NCBI GenBank assembly: GCA_035250975.1 | Contig: DATFEP010000021.1 | Span: forward strand, 1-20,339 | DNA: 20,339 nt | Origin: Nitrososphaeraceae archaeon | Lineage (GTDB): Archaea; Thermoproteota; Nitrososphaeria; Nitrososphaerales; Nitrososphaeraceae | Reading direction: 5' to 3' | In this document: positions 9,399 through 18,591 of the stretch, in pieces | Layout of the letters: every line of letters starts with the position of its first letter | Position numbering within the stretch: position 1 is the first letter of the stretch | The notes under the pieces: generated by a model | What the model saw: the letters and a program-made list of their open reading frames with translations, nothing else | What the model was told of the DNA's origin: nothing | Database searches by the model: none | Translations under genes and position numbers: made by a program

Positions 9399-9429
9399 TA
9401 GTTGACATCAACAAGAAAGGTTAATAGTT
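9378..9429. repeat. Perfect 26-bp tandem duplication spanning the GNA1-like stop codon
   Basis: GACATCAACAAGAAAGGTTAATAGTT at 9378-9403 and again at 9404-9429. Confidence 0.95.
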
Positions 9430-10225
9430 GCATTGTTTTAATTATCTAGAGTTTGAAATAACTAAAAGGATAACATTTTTGTTTATAATTTACAATACTG
9501 AAATTCGAAATTCTAATAAATCCCGTACGTAGGATACCACAATTAAGAATTTCCAAGACATATCTTTGCAATTTTGCTGTGTGAATATTCCACCAATATA
9601 GTGAAAGTTAATTAGTTGATTTTGTTGATTCCTTAATTTACCAATAATGCAATACACAAGTTGTCTGACAAAATTGTGAAGATGATTTGTTGAAATTAAA
9701 ACAACCTCTTTTTGAACTATGTAGATTGCTCTTTTTATAGACACATTGACAAATAGGATTAAATTCACAGAACACATTAAATTCAATATGATCGTACTTT
9801 ATAAATAGAAAATAGATAAAAATGAAAAAACATAATAGGAATCCCTACTTTGTGATTAATTTAATAAGTCTACTCAAGTAATTAATGAATGAAGAATTTT
9901 GTCCTTAAGAGAACAAATGGGATTTGCTTCAAAATAGGCTAAATTAATAAAACTTGAAGGTCATCCGACTTTTATTGAATTTAGTTTCTATTATGAAGAA
10001 AAGGTCCTTTTAATAGCTGCAACTGTTTCTTTGACAAAAATATTGCAGGTTGTTTGAGTTTAAAAAAGTATAAACATATATTCCATTGAATCTATACAAA
10101 CAAATTGCATAAGGTTTATAAAGAAAATTATTTTTTGTTGGTAACACCATTACAGACTATATTTAGCAAAATATCAGACTAGTGAGGAAGTAATATTAAT
10201 ACGTCCTTTGTTTGTTTTTTATAAT

Positions 10226-11017
10226 ATGTCAAATACACCTATCATGGTTTTTGATTCTGGAATAGGTTCTATGTCTATAATCAAGGAACTAAGAATGGAA
10301 TTACCAAATGAAAATATATTATATTTCGCAGATAGAGCAAATTTTCCATATGGAAACAAGTCACATAAAAGACTTTTAGAAATTATGAAGAATACTATTC
10401 AATACTTGGAGAGATTCAAACCAAAGATAATAATAATAGCTTCCAATACCCCTTCACTTCAGATTTTAGATGAAATTAAAGATATAGTGAATGTTCCTTT
10501 ACTAGGTGTGAGACCTCCACTAAGAGAATCAGTAAAGCTAACAAAAAATAATCACATCGGAATAATGGCAACAGAATCCGCTATCAATAGTAAGGAGATA
10601 GATAAACAAATAAACGATGAAATTCCTCAAAAGATATTTGTTAATAAGTATAACGCATCGCCCTTAATAGCCTTGATTGAAAATGGAGATTTTATCAAAA
10701 GCAGAAAGAAGATCAGAAAACAAATTCATAGAATTCTAGGGAACATTGAAGATATAGATGTTATAACATTATCAAGTACGCATCTTCCTTTTATCTTGGA
10801 TCAATTATCTGAAGAGTTCCCATCTGTTAAATTTATCGATTCTGCAAAAACGACAGCAAAAAATGTAAAACAAATTTTGACAGACAACGGATTGCGTAAC
10901 AAAAATAACACTGGAAGGATGAGAATTCTTGTATCGGATGGAAAAAATGAATTTCAGGAAATGTTAAGATATTTGGGTATAAAGGAAAATGTACAAGAAG
11001 TTTTTTGGTCAATTTAG
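10226..11017 (+). CDS. murI: Glutamate racemase (MurI) homolog with both catalytic Cys replaced by Ser
   Basis: VFDSGIG, YFAD..NFPYG, IASNT (canonical IACNT) and LSSTH (canonical LGCTH). ATG 10226 is preferred over TTG 10208 because an AT box lies at 10191-10200. Confidence 0.85.
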   Translation: MSNTPIMVFDSGIGSMSIIKELRMELPNENILYFADRANFPYGNKSHKRLLEIMKNTIQYLERFKPKIIIIASNTPSLQILDEIKDIVNVPLLGVRPPLRESVKLTKNNHIGIMATESAINSKEIDKQINDEIPQKIFVNKYNASPLIALIENGDFIKSRKKIRKQIHRILGNIEDIDVITLSSTHLPFILDQLSEEFPSVKFIDSAKTTAKNVKQILTDNGLRNKNNTGRMRILVSDGKNEFQEMLRYLGIKENVQEVFWSI

Positions 11018-11087
11018 GTAATAGTCAACGAACAAAATATATAATATAAAATTAATCAAATTAGGCAAACCTAATGTGTATTAATTA

Positions 11088-13208
11088 ATGATTAGGAAAA
11101 TAAGACTCGGCATAGACGTTGGAGGAACTTTCACTAAAGCTGTTGCTATTGATATTTTAACGGGAGAGTTATTGGGTAAAATGACGGTTCCCACTACACA
11201 TAATGCTGATAATGGCGTAGCGGAAGGTATTGTCTTAGCACTTAAAAATTTAATGGAAACATATAGCATACAAAAATCTGAAATAGAATTAATTTCACAT
11301 AGTACTACTCAGGCAGTTAATGCGCTTCTTGAAGGAGACACTGCCAAAGTTGGGATTATTGGGATGGGGGTAGGCCTAGAAAAGTCTAACGTTGTCAAGA
11401 GGACTAATATAAAAAATATTGAATTATCTTCAAATAAATATCTGCATACATGTTTTAGATTTTTAGATACATCAAAATATTTGGAAAAAGAAGAAGTGGA
11501 AGAAATAATATCATCGCTAAAAAACGAAGGTGCGGAGGTTTTGGTAGTCAGTGAAGCGTATGGTGTGGATGATCCTAGCAACGAACAATACGTGATGTCG
11601 TATTCGGATTTTCCTATAACTGGAGGTCATGAGCTTACTGGAATTTATGGTCTTGAGATTAGAACTTTGACTGCTGCGATAAACGCAGGCATAATGCCAA
11701 AGTCAATAAGTACGGCAAGATATGTCGAGTCTGCGGTAAGGAACGAGAATATAATTTGTCCTATCATGATAATGAAGGGGGACGGAGGAGTGACAGACAT
11801 CGAAACTTTTAAAAACAAACCTATTTTGACAATACTATCAGGACCTGCGGCAAGTGTCGCGGGAGCATTATTACACTCTCATATTTTGCGTGGAGTATTC
11901 ATTGAAGTTGGAGGAACGTCAACTAATATCTCGATTATAAAAAATGGAAAACCTGAAATTCGATATGTTACCATAATGGATCATCCGACTTGTATTCGTT
12001 CGGTGGATGTCAGAGTTGCAGGAGTAGCAGGAGGTTCATTAATAAGAATTTCAGGCAAAAAAATTATTGATGTAGGTCCTAGGTCAGCTCATATTGCTGG
12101 TTTGAGGTATTCCTGTTTTGTCGATCCCACAGAACTTGATAACTCAAGGTTAATAACTTTTAAACCTAGTGAAAATGATCCAGATAACTATATTTGTATA
12201 GAAACAGAGTCAAAAAAATTGATAGCAATAACCAATACCTGTGCAGCAAATGCGCTAGGATTGATAAAGGAAGGAGATTATGCATCAGGAAATAAGGACG
12301 CAGCTAAAAAGGCACTAAACCTTTTGGCAAAAAAAATAGGAGTGAGTAACTACAACGAAGCGGCACAAATAGTATTAGATTTTTCTATTAAAAAAATTCA
12401 AAGGATAATTGAACCGATGATTAAGGAATATCAGATAGAAACAGATCAGATGTTCCTAATCGGGGGAGGCGGCGGAGCCTCTGCTTTGGTTCCGTATATG
12501 GCAAAGAAGCTAAAATATCAGTTCGAATTAGCTCAAAATGCGGAGGTTATATCATCTATAGGAGTGGCTGCAGCAATGATATATGAGGAAATGGAAAAAA
12601 CCATAAATCAGCCGAAACCCGAAGACGTTTCATTATTAATTGACGAAATTAAAAAAAGAGCCCTCGAAAGAGGAGCAGCACCAGAATCAATTTCAATCCA
12701 AACTGAATATATCAATGAGCGTTCATTATTAAGAGCAACAGCATCAGGAAACGTTGAGTTAGATATCGGAAAAAGTAACAAAAGAGAACTGAATTTTGCA
12801 GAAGTAGAGAATATTGCAATAAAGGTTCTAGGAAGTAACGAAGTGAAACAAATTCTGAATATGAAAAATTATTATGGATTTACCTGCGAAATAATAAAGA
12901 AGAATTTTTTTGTCAAAGTAAGGAGGACCCCGATTGTAATTTTAGATAAACTAGGCAGAATAAGATTAATGCTAGAAAATGCAGAAATAATTAATGGAAC
13001 GAGAGATTTAAAAAGCAATATAGGATCATTAGTATATAAATTTAGTAACAAAAATAAAGACGACTTAGCCCCACAAATCCATATTTTGGATGATGTAAAG
13101 ATTATAGATTTTTCAAGTTTAAGCTCTCCTGAACATCTAATCGAGGCCATAAAAAAAGAATTCGATAAATTAACTGTCGAAGCCGTAACTATTATTATAA
13201 AAAAATAG
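11088..13208 (+). CDS. Hydantoinase A / 5-oxoprolinase family ATP-binding protein with C-terminal extension
   Basis: GIDVGGTFT, HSTT.A.NALLE, ILSGPAAS, EVGGTST and GGGGG motifs. Confidence 0.88.
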   Translation: MIRKIRLGIDVGGTFTKAVAIDILTGELLGKMTVPTTHNADNGVAEGIVLALKNLMETYSIQKSEIELISHSTTQAVNALLEGDTAKVGIIGMGVGLEKSNVVKRTNIKNIELSSNKYLHTCFRFLDTSKYLEKEEVEEIISSLKNEGAEVLVVSEAYGVDDPSNEQYVMSYSDFPITGGHELTGIYGLEIRTLTAAINAGIMPKSISTARYVESAVRNENIICPIMIMKGDGGVTDIETFKNKPILTILSGPAASVAGALLHSHILRGVFIEVGGTSTNISIIKNGKPEIRYVTIMDHPTCIRSVDVRVAGVAGGSLIRISGKKIIDVGPRSAHIAGLRYSCFVDPTELDNSRLITFKPSENDPDNYICIETESKKLIAITNTCAANALGLIKEGDYASGNKDAAKKALNLLAKKIGVSNYNEAAQIVLDFSIKKIQRIIEPMIKEYQIETDQMFLIGGGGGASALVPYMAKKLKYQFELAQNAEVISSIGVAAAMIYEEMEKTINQPKPEDVSLLIDEIKKRALERGAAPESISIQTEYINERSLLRATASGNVELDIGKSNKRELNFAEVENIAIKVLGSNEVKQILNMKNYYGFTCEIIKKNFFVKVRRTPIVILDKLGRIRLMLENAEIINGTRDLKSNIGSLVYKFSNKNKDDLAPQIHILDDVKIIDFSSLSSPEHLIEAIKKEFDKLTVEAVTIIIKK

Positions 13209-13536
13209 AAGAACAGAATAGAACATCATCATATGAGAGATTTCTTTAATCAACAAAAATCCTTTTTAAAATATTCCAATTCTTAATTTCTATTATCAGG
13301 TGTTTGATTAATCAATAATTGTTTTAGAGAAATGGACAATTACTAGTACATTTACCCTTAATTAGATATAGTCTTATTTATTTAATTATAATTTCAAAAA
13401 CTATTTTTAACAAATTTCTACTCTTCTGTTCAATAAAAAAACTGTAGATAAGAAAAAATTGAATAAAATAGTGATTAACTAGAATATAGCGGACCTCATA
13501 AGGTTTTTATGATTCGATTAGTTTTATTGCTATTAT

Positions 13537-14430
13537 TTGTTAAGGGATAGTGTGGTTATCGCAGGGCCAGCATCAGAACAGTTAGCATCTAATATTGCAA
13601 AAAGATTAAACATAAAAGTCATAAAACCTGAGCTCATGATATTTGCAGACGGGGAAAGTAAAATAAAGATAGAATCTGTAGAGAATAAACAATGCATAAT
13701 TATTCAATCTCTTTATCCCCCTATCGACAGGCACATAATCCAATTATTAATGATGATCCAAAAGTGTAGAAAAGACAAAGCATTAAAAACTATTGTAGTG
13801 ATTCCATACATGGCTTACGCAAGACAGGATAAAGCATTTCTGGAGGGTGAAGTGATAAGCATATCAATCTTGGCAGAAATTATAGAATATTTTGGAGTTA
13901 GTAGAGTAATAACGGTCGATATTCATAGTGAATCATCGTTATCTTATTTTGGAAATATTATCAAAAACATTTCGGCAATTCCAATATTAGCAGAATACGC
14001 TCTGCAGAACATATTTCTTAATAATGCCATAATTATTTCTCCGGATTTTGGTGGATTAAAAAGAGCACAAAAATTCGGGCAAATAATACAAAGAGAAGTA
14101 ACTTTTCTAAAGAAAACACGTGACAGACTAACAGGAATAGTCTCGATTGAGGATGTATTGGATTTTAATGTAAAAGATAAAGACGTAATTTTGGTTGATG
14201 ATATGATTAGCACAGGTAATAGCATAATAAAGGCTTGCGAAGTGCTAAGAAATAATGGAGCTGAAAGCATTTTTGTAATTTGTTCTCATGCATTACTGCT
14301 TGATAAAGCGTTAGACAAAATAATACGAGCTGGCGCAACAGAGATAATCTCTACAAATTCCATTCCCAACAGTTGTTCCAAGGTTGATCTGTCGAAAATT
14401 ATATCTGAAGTAATTAGTGAGAATAGCTAA
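13537..14430 (+). CDS. prs: Ribose-phosphate pyrophosphokinase
   Basis: FADGE, PYMAYARQDK, VDIH, SPDFGG and VDDMISTG PRPP-binding motif. Confidence 0.95.
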   Translation: MLRDSVVIAGPASEQLASNIAKRLNIKVIKPELMIFADGESKIKIESVENKQCIIIQSLYPPIDRHIIQLLMMIQKCRKDKALKTIVVIPYMAYARQDKAFLEGEVISISILAEIIEYFGVSRVITVDIHSESSLSYFGNIIKNISAIPILAEYALQNIFLNNAIIISPDFGGLKRAQKFGQIIQREVTFLKKTRDRLTGIVSIEDVLDFNVKDKDVILVDDMISTGNSIIKACEVLRNNGAESIFVICSHALLLDKALDKIIRAGATEIISTNSIPNSCSKVDLSKIISEVISENS

Positions 14431-14476
14431 TTGGATTATTGTAAAGTATTAGCAGGTATAATTGGAAATGATATAA

Positions 14477-15397
14477 ATGACTGACATGAAACTTGTTTTT
14501 TTAGGTACGTCTGCAGCGATCCCTACGTTGCAACGTGGACTATCATCCCTAGCTATCGTTAGAGGAAACGAGATTTTAATTTTCGATGCCGGAGAAGGAA
14601 TGCAAACAAGATTTATTGAATCAAAGATTGGGATGAATAAGAAAATGAAGATTTTCATAACTCATATACATGGTGATCATTGTGTAGGATTGCTAGGTTT
14701 ACTGCAAACTCTTTCTTTAATGGGAAGGAACAAGCCTATAGAAATTTTTGGAGAACCAACGATCGGAGAATTTTTAAAACAAAATATAAGAATAATTAAT
14801 TTCAAATTAAGTTACGATGTTATTATTCATAAAATATCGGGAGAGGGAATAGTAATCAGTGAAAAAGATTATAAAATTACCAGTTGTTTTGCGGATCATT
14901 CGAAGTTAGCTTATTCTTTTTGTCTCGAAGAATTTGATAGGCCTGGAATTTTTCATTTAGATGCGGTAAAACGTTTGGGGATTCCAGAGGGAAAGATTTA
15001 TAGTGATTTACAACACGGAAAAGATATAAGCTTTAAAGGAGAAAAAATATATTCAAAAGGTATTACAGGGCCACCGCGACCTGGAAGAAAAATAGGAATA
15101 TCAGGAGACACGAGACCTACATTAAAATTGACAAATTTCTTCAAGAATTCAGATGTTTTAATATTTGAAGCGACTTTTTTACACAAGGATATTGAGAAGG
15201 CAAAAGAAAGTTTTCACTCAACTGCTTTCGAAGCTGCTTTGCTGGCGAAGAACTCTAATATTAAAAAACTAATATTAACACATTTTAGTGCAAGATACAA
15301 GGATATCGCTCCGATAGAAAGCGAAGCTAGAAAGATCTTTGAAAATGTATATATTGCAAACGATTTGGATGTTTTTATAGTTCCCTATATAAAATAG
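14477..15397 (+). CDS. rnz: Ribonuclease Z (tRNA 3' endonuclease)
   Basis: FLGTSAAIP, DAGEG, THIHGDH, flexible-arm GP-rich segment, SGDT and THFSARY. Confidence 0.96.
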   Translation: MTDMKLVFLGTSAAIPTLQRGLSSLAIVRGNEILIFDAGEGMQTRFIESKIGMNKKMKIFITHIHGDHCVGLLGLLQTLSLMGRNKPIEIFGEPTIGEFLKQNIRIINFKLSYDVIIHKISGEGIVISEKDYKITSCFADHSKLAYSFCLEEFDRPGIFHLDAVKRLGIPEGKIYSDLQHGKDISFKGEKIYSKGITGPPRPGRKIGISGDTRPTLKLTNFFKNSDVLIFEATFLHKDIEKAKESFHSTAFEAALLAKNSNIKKLILTHFSARYKDIAPIESEARKIFENVYIANDLDVFIVPYIK

Positions 15398-15453
15398 GGA
15401 GAAAAATAATAAAATAGCAATCAGATAAAAATCGATGAAAAGAAAAAATAATA

Positions 15454-15852
15454 TTATTCGATCTGATTATTTTGTAAAACGCTGGCTTTTGTTGCGTTAA
15501 GAACGTATTCTGCCACAATACTTGAAGCATTTGTATTCTTCAACGTTTCGATTAATAGTGGGATTCTTTCCTGTGCTAATTGTTGCAGTATTGAACTATC
15601 TACTACACTACTATTTACCTCATCGATAACGAAATCGATAACTGTATCTGTAGCATTAGAATTCTTCGTAATATTTATTACCAATGGCAAATTAGCTAGA
15701 ACATTTTCAAACGAATCAGAAGTATTTTTAATAGATTTCGTTGTAGTATTATTTGGTATTTCTGCAAATACATCATTTAATAGAGTCAAATTTGAGAGCA
15801 GAGACCATATTGCAACCATGACAATTAATTTATGTATTACTCGCATGTTCAT
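15454..15852 (-). CDS. Secreted hypothetical protein with an internal repeat and many N-glycosylation sequons
   Basis: Signal-like N-terminus ending VFA-E; eight N-x-S/T sequons after the signal; duplicated PL.I...KN.NA...V..(F/Y)V unit. Confidence 0.7.
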   Translation of the reverse strand: MNMRVIHKLIVMVAIWSLLSNLTLLNDVFAEIPNNTTTKSIKNTSDSFENVLANLPLVINITKNSNATDTVIDFVIDEVNSSVVDSSILQQLAQERIPLLIETLKNTNASSIVAEYVLNATKASVLQNNQIE

Positions 15853-16817
15853 TAAGGTATTACTAATTTAGAAATTTATTAATTTTTCTAATTTATTTTT
15901 TGACTATGTGGTAACATAATTTTAACACTTCTTAACGCTAAGAACAATTTTAATATAAGGTTTAACTTTTTATACATTTAGTGATGACAGTCTAGTGCAG
16001 AATTTTATATATTCTTATCTAAACCAAAGAAAATTCACCTTAGTATAAGAAATGTGAAAAATAAGATGAATTATTCAATCTGAAGTTATAGTTTTTTAAT
16101 TAATTAATTAGAAATTATGTTGAAAGGAAGAAAAGTTGTCATCTTATCATCATTCCAAGATCAAACCCACTGTTAAGAATCAAAATGTAGCATATCTCAG
16201 GTAATAAGACATAATACACCAGAAAAATGCTATTGAATTATATCATAGAACTTGTCCGAGTCAAGTTATTCGACTCTCTTGCATTGAAATTGCGAAATAA
16301 CAATTTTTATCGGAATTTTTTTACGGGTATCGGGAATTTAGCATTTTTGGTTGATATACAATGTTCAATGAAAATTCTTAAATTCGGATTGTTCATTAAT
16401 GATTTGGTTTATCAAAGCAGCGATAGAAGAACCATATTTTGAAATACAATGTTCTGAAATAAAATTCCTAAAAACATTTCTAACACTTCGTTAACGCCTT
16501 GATCAATACGCTGTGATCCAGTAAACTTCGTAATTGGCAGATAAATAGTATATTGAAATTAATAAAAGATGAGACAGATAACGGTATGCGTCATTCTTAA
16601 AGCTGGCAAATCATATTGATTGAACGATGCCATCAATTTGAAAGTTGGCTATTTTTGGCATCAAGTTCTAAGTAGCAATTAGTAAAAAGAATTAAACTGA
16701 AGGAATAATCAAGTAGTGATATTGCAATAGACCGACTACATTGTAGAAAATGCAAAAAACTTCAAGATCTAGATAAAATGCAAAAATATAATTATTAAGA
16801 ATTATTGCGTGGTTTAT

Positions 16818-17234
16818 TTATGGATAGCTTCCCTTTTTGTCTCGTTCATCGAATACATTTTTCATGACTTCCAATCCATTTAAAGCAGCAGGAAATCCAG
16901 AATACAAAGATATCTGGATCATTATTTCTAGAATTTCTTCACGGGAGCAGCCAATATTTAAAGCACCATGAATATGTGACTTTAATTGTGGCTTTGCATT
17001 ACCCATGGTTAAAAGAGAAGATATTGTAACAATTTCTCTTGCTTTGAGATCCAAACCTTTTCTATTATATATTTCTCCAAAAGCGAACTCTATGATATAT
17101 CGAGACATGTCTGGTGAAATATGATTTAAATTCTCTAATACTTTAGTCCCAATTTCTCCATAAATTTCTTTAAAATGTTTAAGTCCTAGCTCATATCTAG
17201 ATCTATTCACATAATAAAGTAGTCTTCTAATCAT
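16818..17234 (-). CDS. Carboxymuconolactone decarboxylase (CMD/AhpD-like) family protein
   Basis: EFAFGEIYNRKGLDLKAREI, QLKSHIHGALNIG and YSGFPAALN. The true start may be the GTG about 8 codons inside. Confidence 0.9.
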   Translation of the reverse strand: MIRRLLYYVNRSRYELGLKHFKEIYGEIGTKVLENLNHISPDMSRYIIEFAFGEIYNRKGLDLKAREIVTISSLLTMGNAKPQLKSHIHGALNIGCSREEILEIMIQISLYSGFPAALNGLEVMKNVFDERDKKGSYP

Positions 17235-17327
17235 ATATTAAATTATAATAAATCATATCATAATTCAAGTAGCAAATATTAATAACTATAATAACAACCA
17301 AGTTTAATAAGGTATACAAAAATTATA

Positions 17328-17516
17328 TTATGTTCTAGTTTGTGCAGAGGTAAGATCAGGATGTTCTTTTCTTAAATGAATCTTGAGATCTTTCTTATTA
17401 TAACATATTCTATTACAAATTTGACAGGTTATTTTTTCATAGGCTTCGTCGGATTTATTATTGGTCATCTTGATTTGATCAATTATTTTTGAGAAATAAT
17501 CTTTTAGACCAAACAT
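17328..17516 (-). CDS. C2H2-type zinc-finger microprotein
   Basis: CQIC-x12-HLRKEH fits C-x2-C-x12-H-x4-H; a TATA box lies upstream. Confidence 0.75.
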   Translation of the reverse strand: MFGLKDYFSKIIDQIKMTNNKSDEAYEKITCQICNRICYNKKDLKIHLRKEHPDLTSAQTRT

Positions 17517-17538
17517 ATTTCTAATATTATTTTTTCAC

Positions 17539-17546
17539 TTTATAAA
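17539..17546 (-). promoter_or_regulatory. Archaeal TATA box for the zinc-finger gene
   Basis: TTTATAAA lies 22 nt upstream of the ATG at 17516. Confidence 0.5.
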
Positions 17547-17695
17547 GTTATTCATACGAAACGAATTCTTAGAACAAGTTAAGAATACAAAACCAACATT
17601 GATTATTCCAGATGTTTAAACAACGAAAACAATATAAAAATCCCAGTTTATACCAGCACAATAAGTAATATACCAGATATTTTTTAGTAATCTAG

Positions 17696-18457
17696 TTGAA
17701 GATTGAAGAATTTCTTTCCACACTTCCCACTGGGATAATTTCTGGAAAGGAAATAAATATTTCAGACAATGTCTTTAGAAATATTTTCAGGTTTGCAGAT
17801 CTTTCTTCTAGAGATATTTTTTTTTATCTAGGATTTGGAAATAATTCAAATGCATTGAATATTGCTAAGAGGGAATTTAATACAAAACAGGTTTTTGGAA
17901 TTGATGATAGGAGGAAATTTACTGATAAGGCAAAAATGGAATTACAAAGTGATGAAATAAATATCATCAACAGAAATATTGACGAAGTCGATTTATATAA
18001 GGCCACAATAATCTTTTTTTGGTTTAGTAATATCAACCAGATAGACCATCTAGTAACAAAATTTGAAAATGAATTGATGAAAAATACAAGAATAATAACA
18101 GTATTATCACCTCCAGGATTATTGCTTCCTTTGAAAGTCGAGTTTCCATTCATATTGTGTAAAAAACCATTCAAGTATGCAAATAACATAAAAGAACAAA
18201 TTAAGGCGATTTATGGAAATGAATGTTTAGATTTTACCGCCTGCTGGTTGTTATCAGAAAAATATATTAAAAAAATGGAAATAAATGAAGAATATTCAAG
18301 ATTTACAAATATGTTGATGAGTATTATAATATGGATTAATGCATGGAATATGAAAGCGACTTGTGAAGAAGAGATTCCTCCACCAGTACAAAGTTATGTA
18401 GGAATTCTCCGCACATTCTTTAACATCGATCTTAAAGAAATGATTGTTAGGAAATAG
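17696..18457 (+). CDS. SAM-dependent methyltransferase-like protein with a degenerate motif I
   Basis: DIFFYLGFGN motif-I-like segment, then VFGIDD and ATIIFFWF, consistent with a class I methyltransferase fold; extra C-terminal helical domain. Confidence 0.6.
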   Translation: MKIEEFLSTLPTGIISGKEINISDNVFRNIFRFADLSSRDIFFYLGFGNNSNALNIAKREFNTKQVFGIDDRRKFTDKAKMELQSDEINIINRNIDEVDLYKATIIFFWFSNINQIDHLVTKFENELMKNTRIITVLSPPGLLLPLKVEFPFILCKKPFKYANNIKEQIKAIYGNECLDFTACWLLSEKYIKKMEINEEYSRFTNMLMSIIIWINAWNMKATCEEEIPPPVQSYVGILRTFFNIDLKEMIVRK

Positions 18458-18591
18458 AACAATAATTAAAGATAAAAACTTTCTACTTACAGTTCTGTCC
18501 TATATGCGAGGAAAATTAAAATGAATTACACTGAATTGGTTCAAAGGAAATCAATTAAATAATGCTAACAATTATTCGTTAAGTTATCATC

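Noticed and set aside
9378-9429. CRISPR repeat
   Set aside because: Only two adjacent copies, with no spacer and no cas genes.
9490-9786. 98-aa minus-strand ORF
   Set aside because: No recognisable motif and an atypical composition; likely a chance ORF or eroded remnant.
14477-15397. Functional clustering of RNase Z with the triple-intron tRNA
   Set aside because: They are about 5 kb apart with unrelated genes in between; rnz appears simply co-transcribed with prs.
16227-16442. 71-aa plus-strand ORF and a short AACTTG/CAAGTT hairpin at 16249-16267
   Set aside because: No motif or supporting signals; a 6-bp stem is expected by chance in AT-rich DNA.
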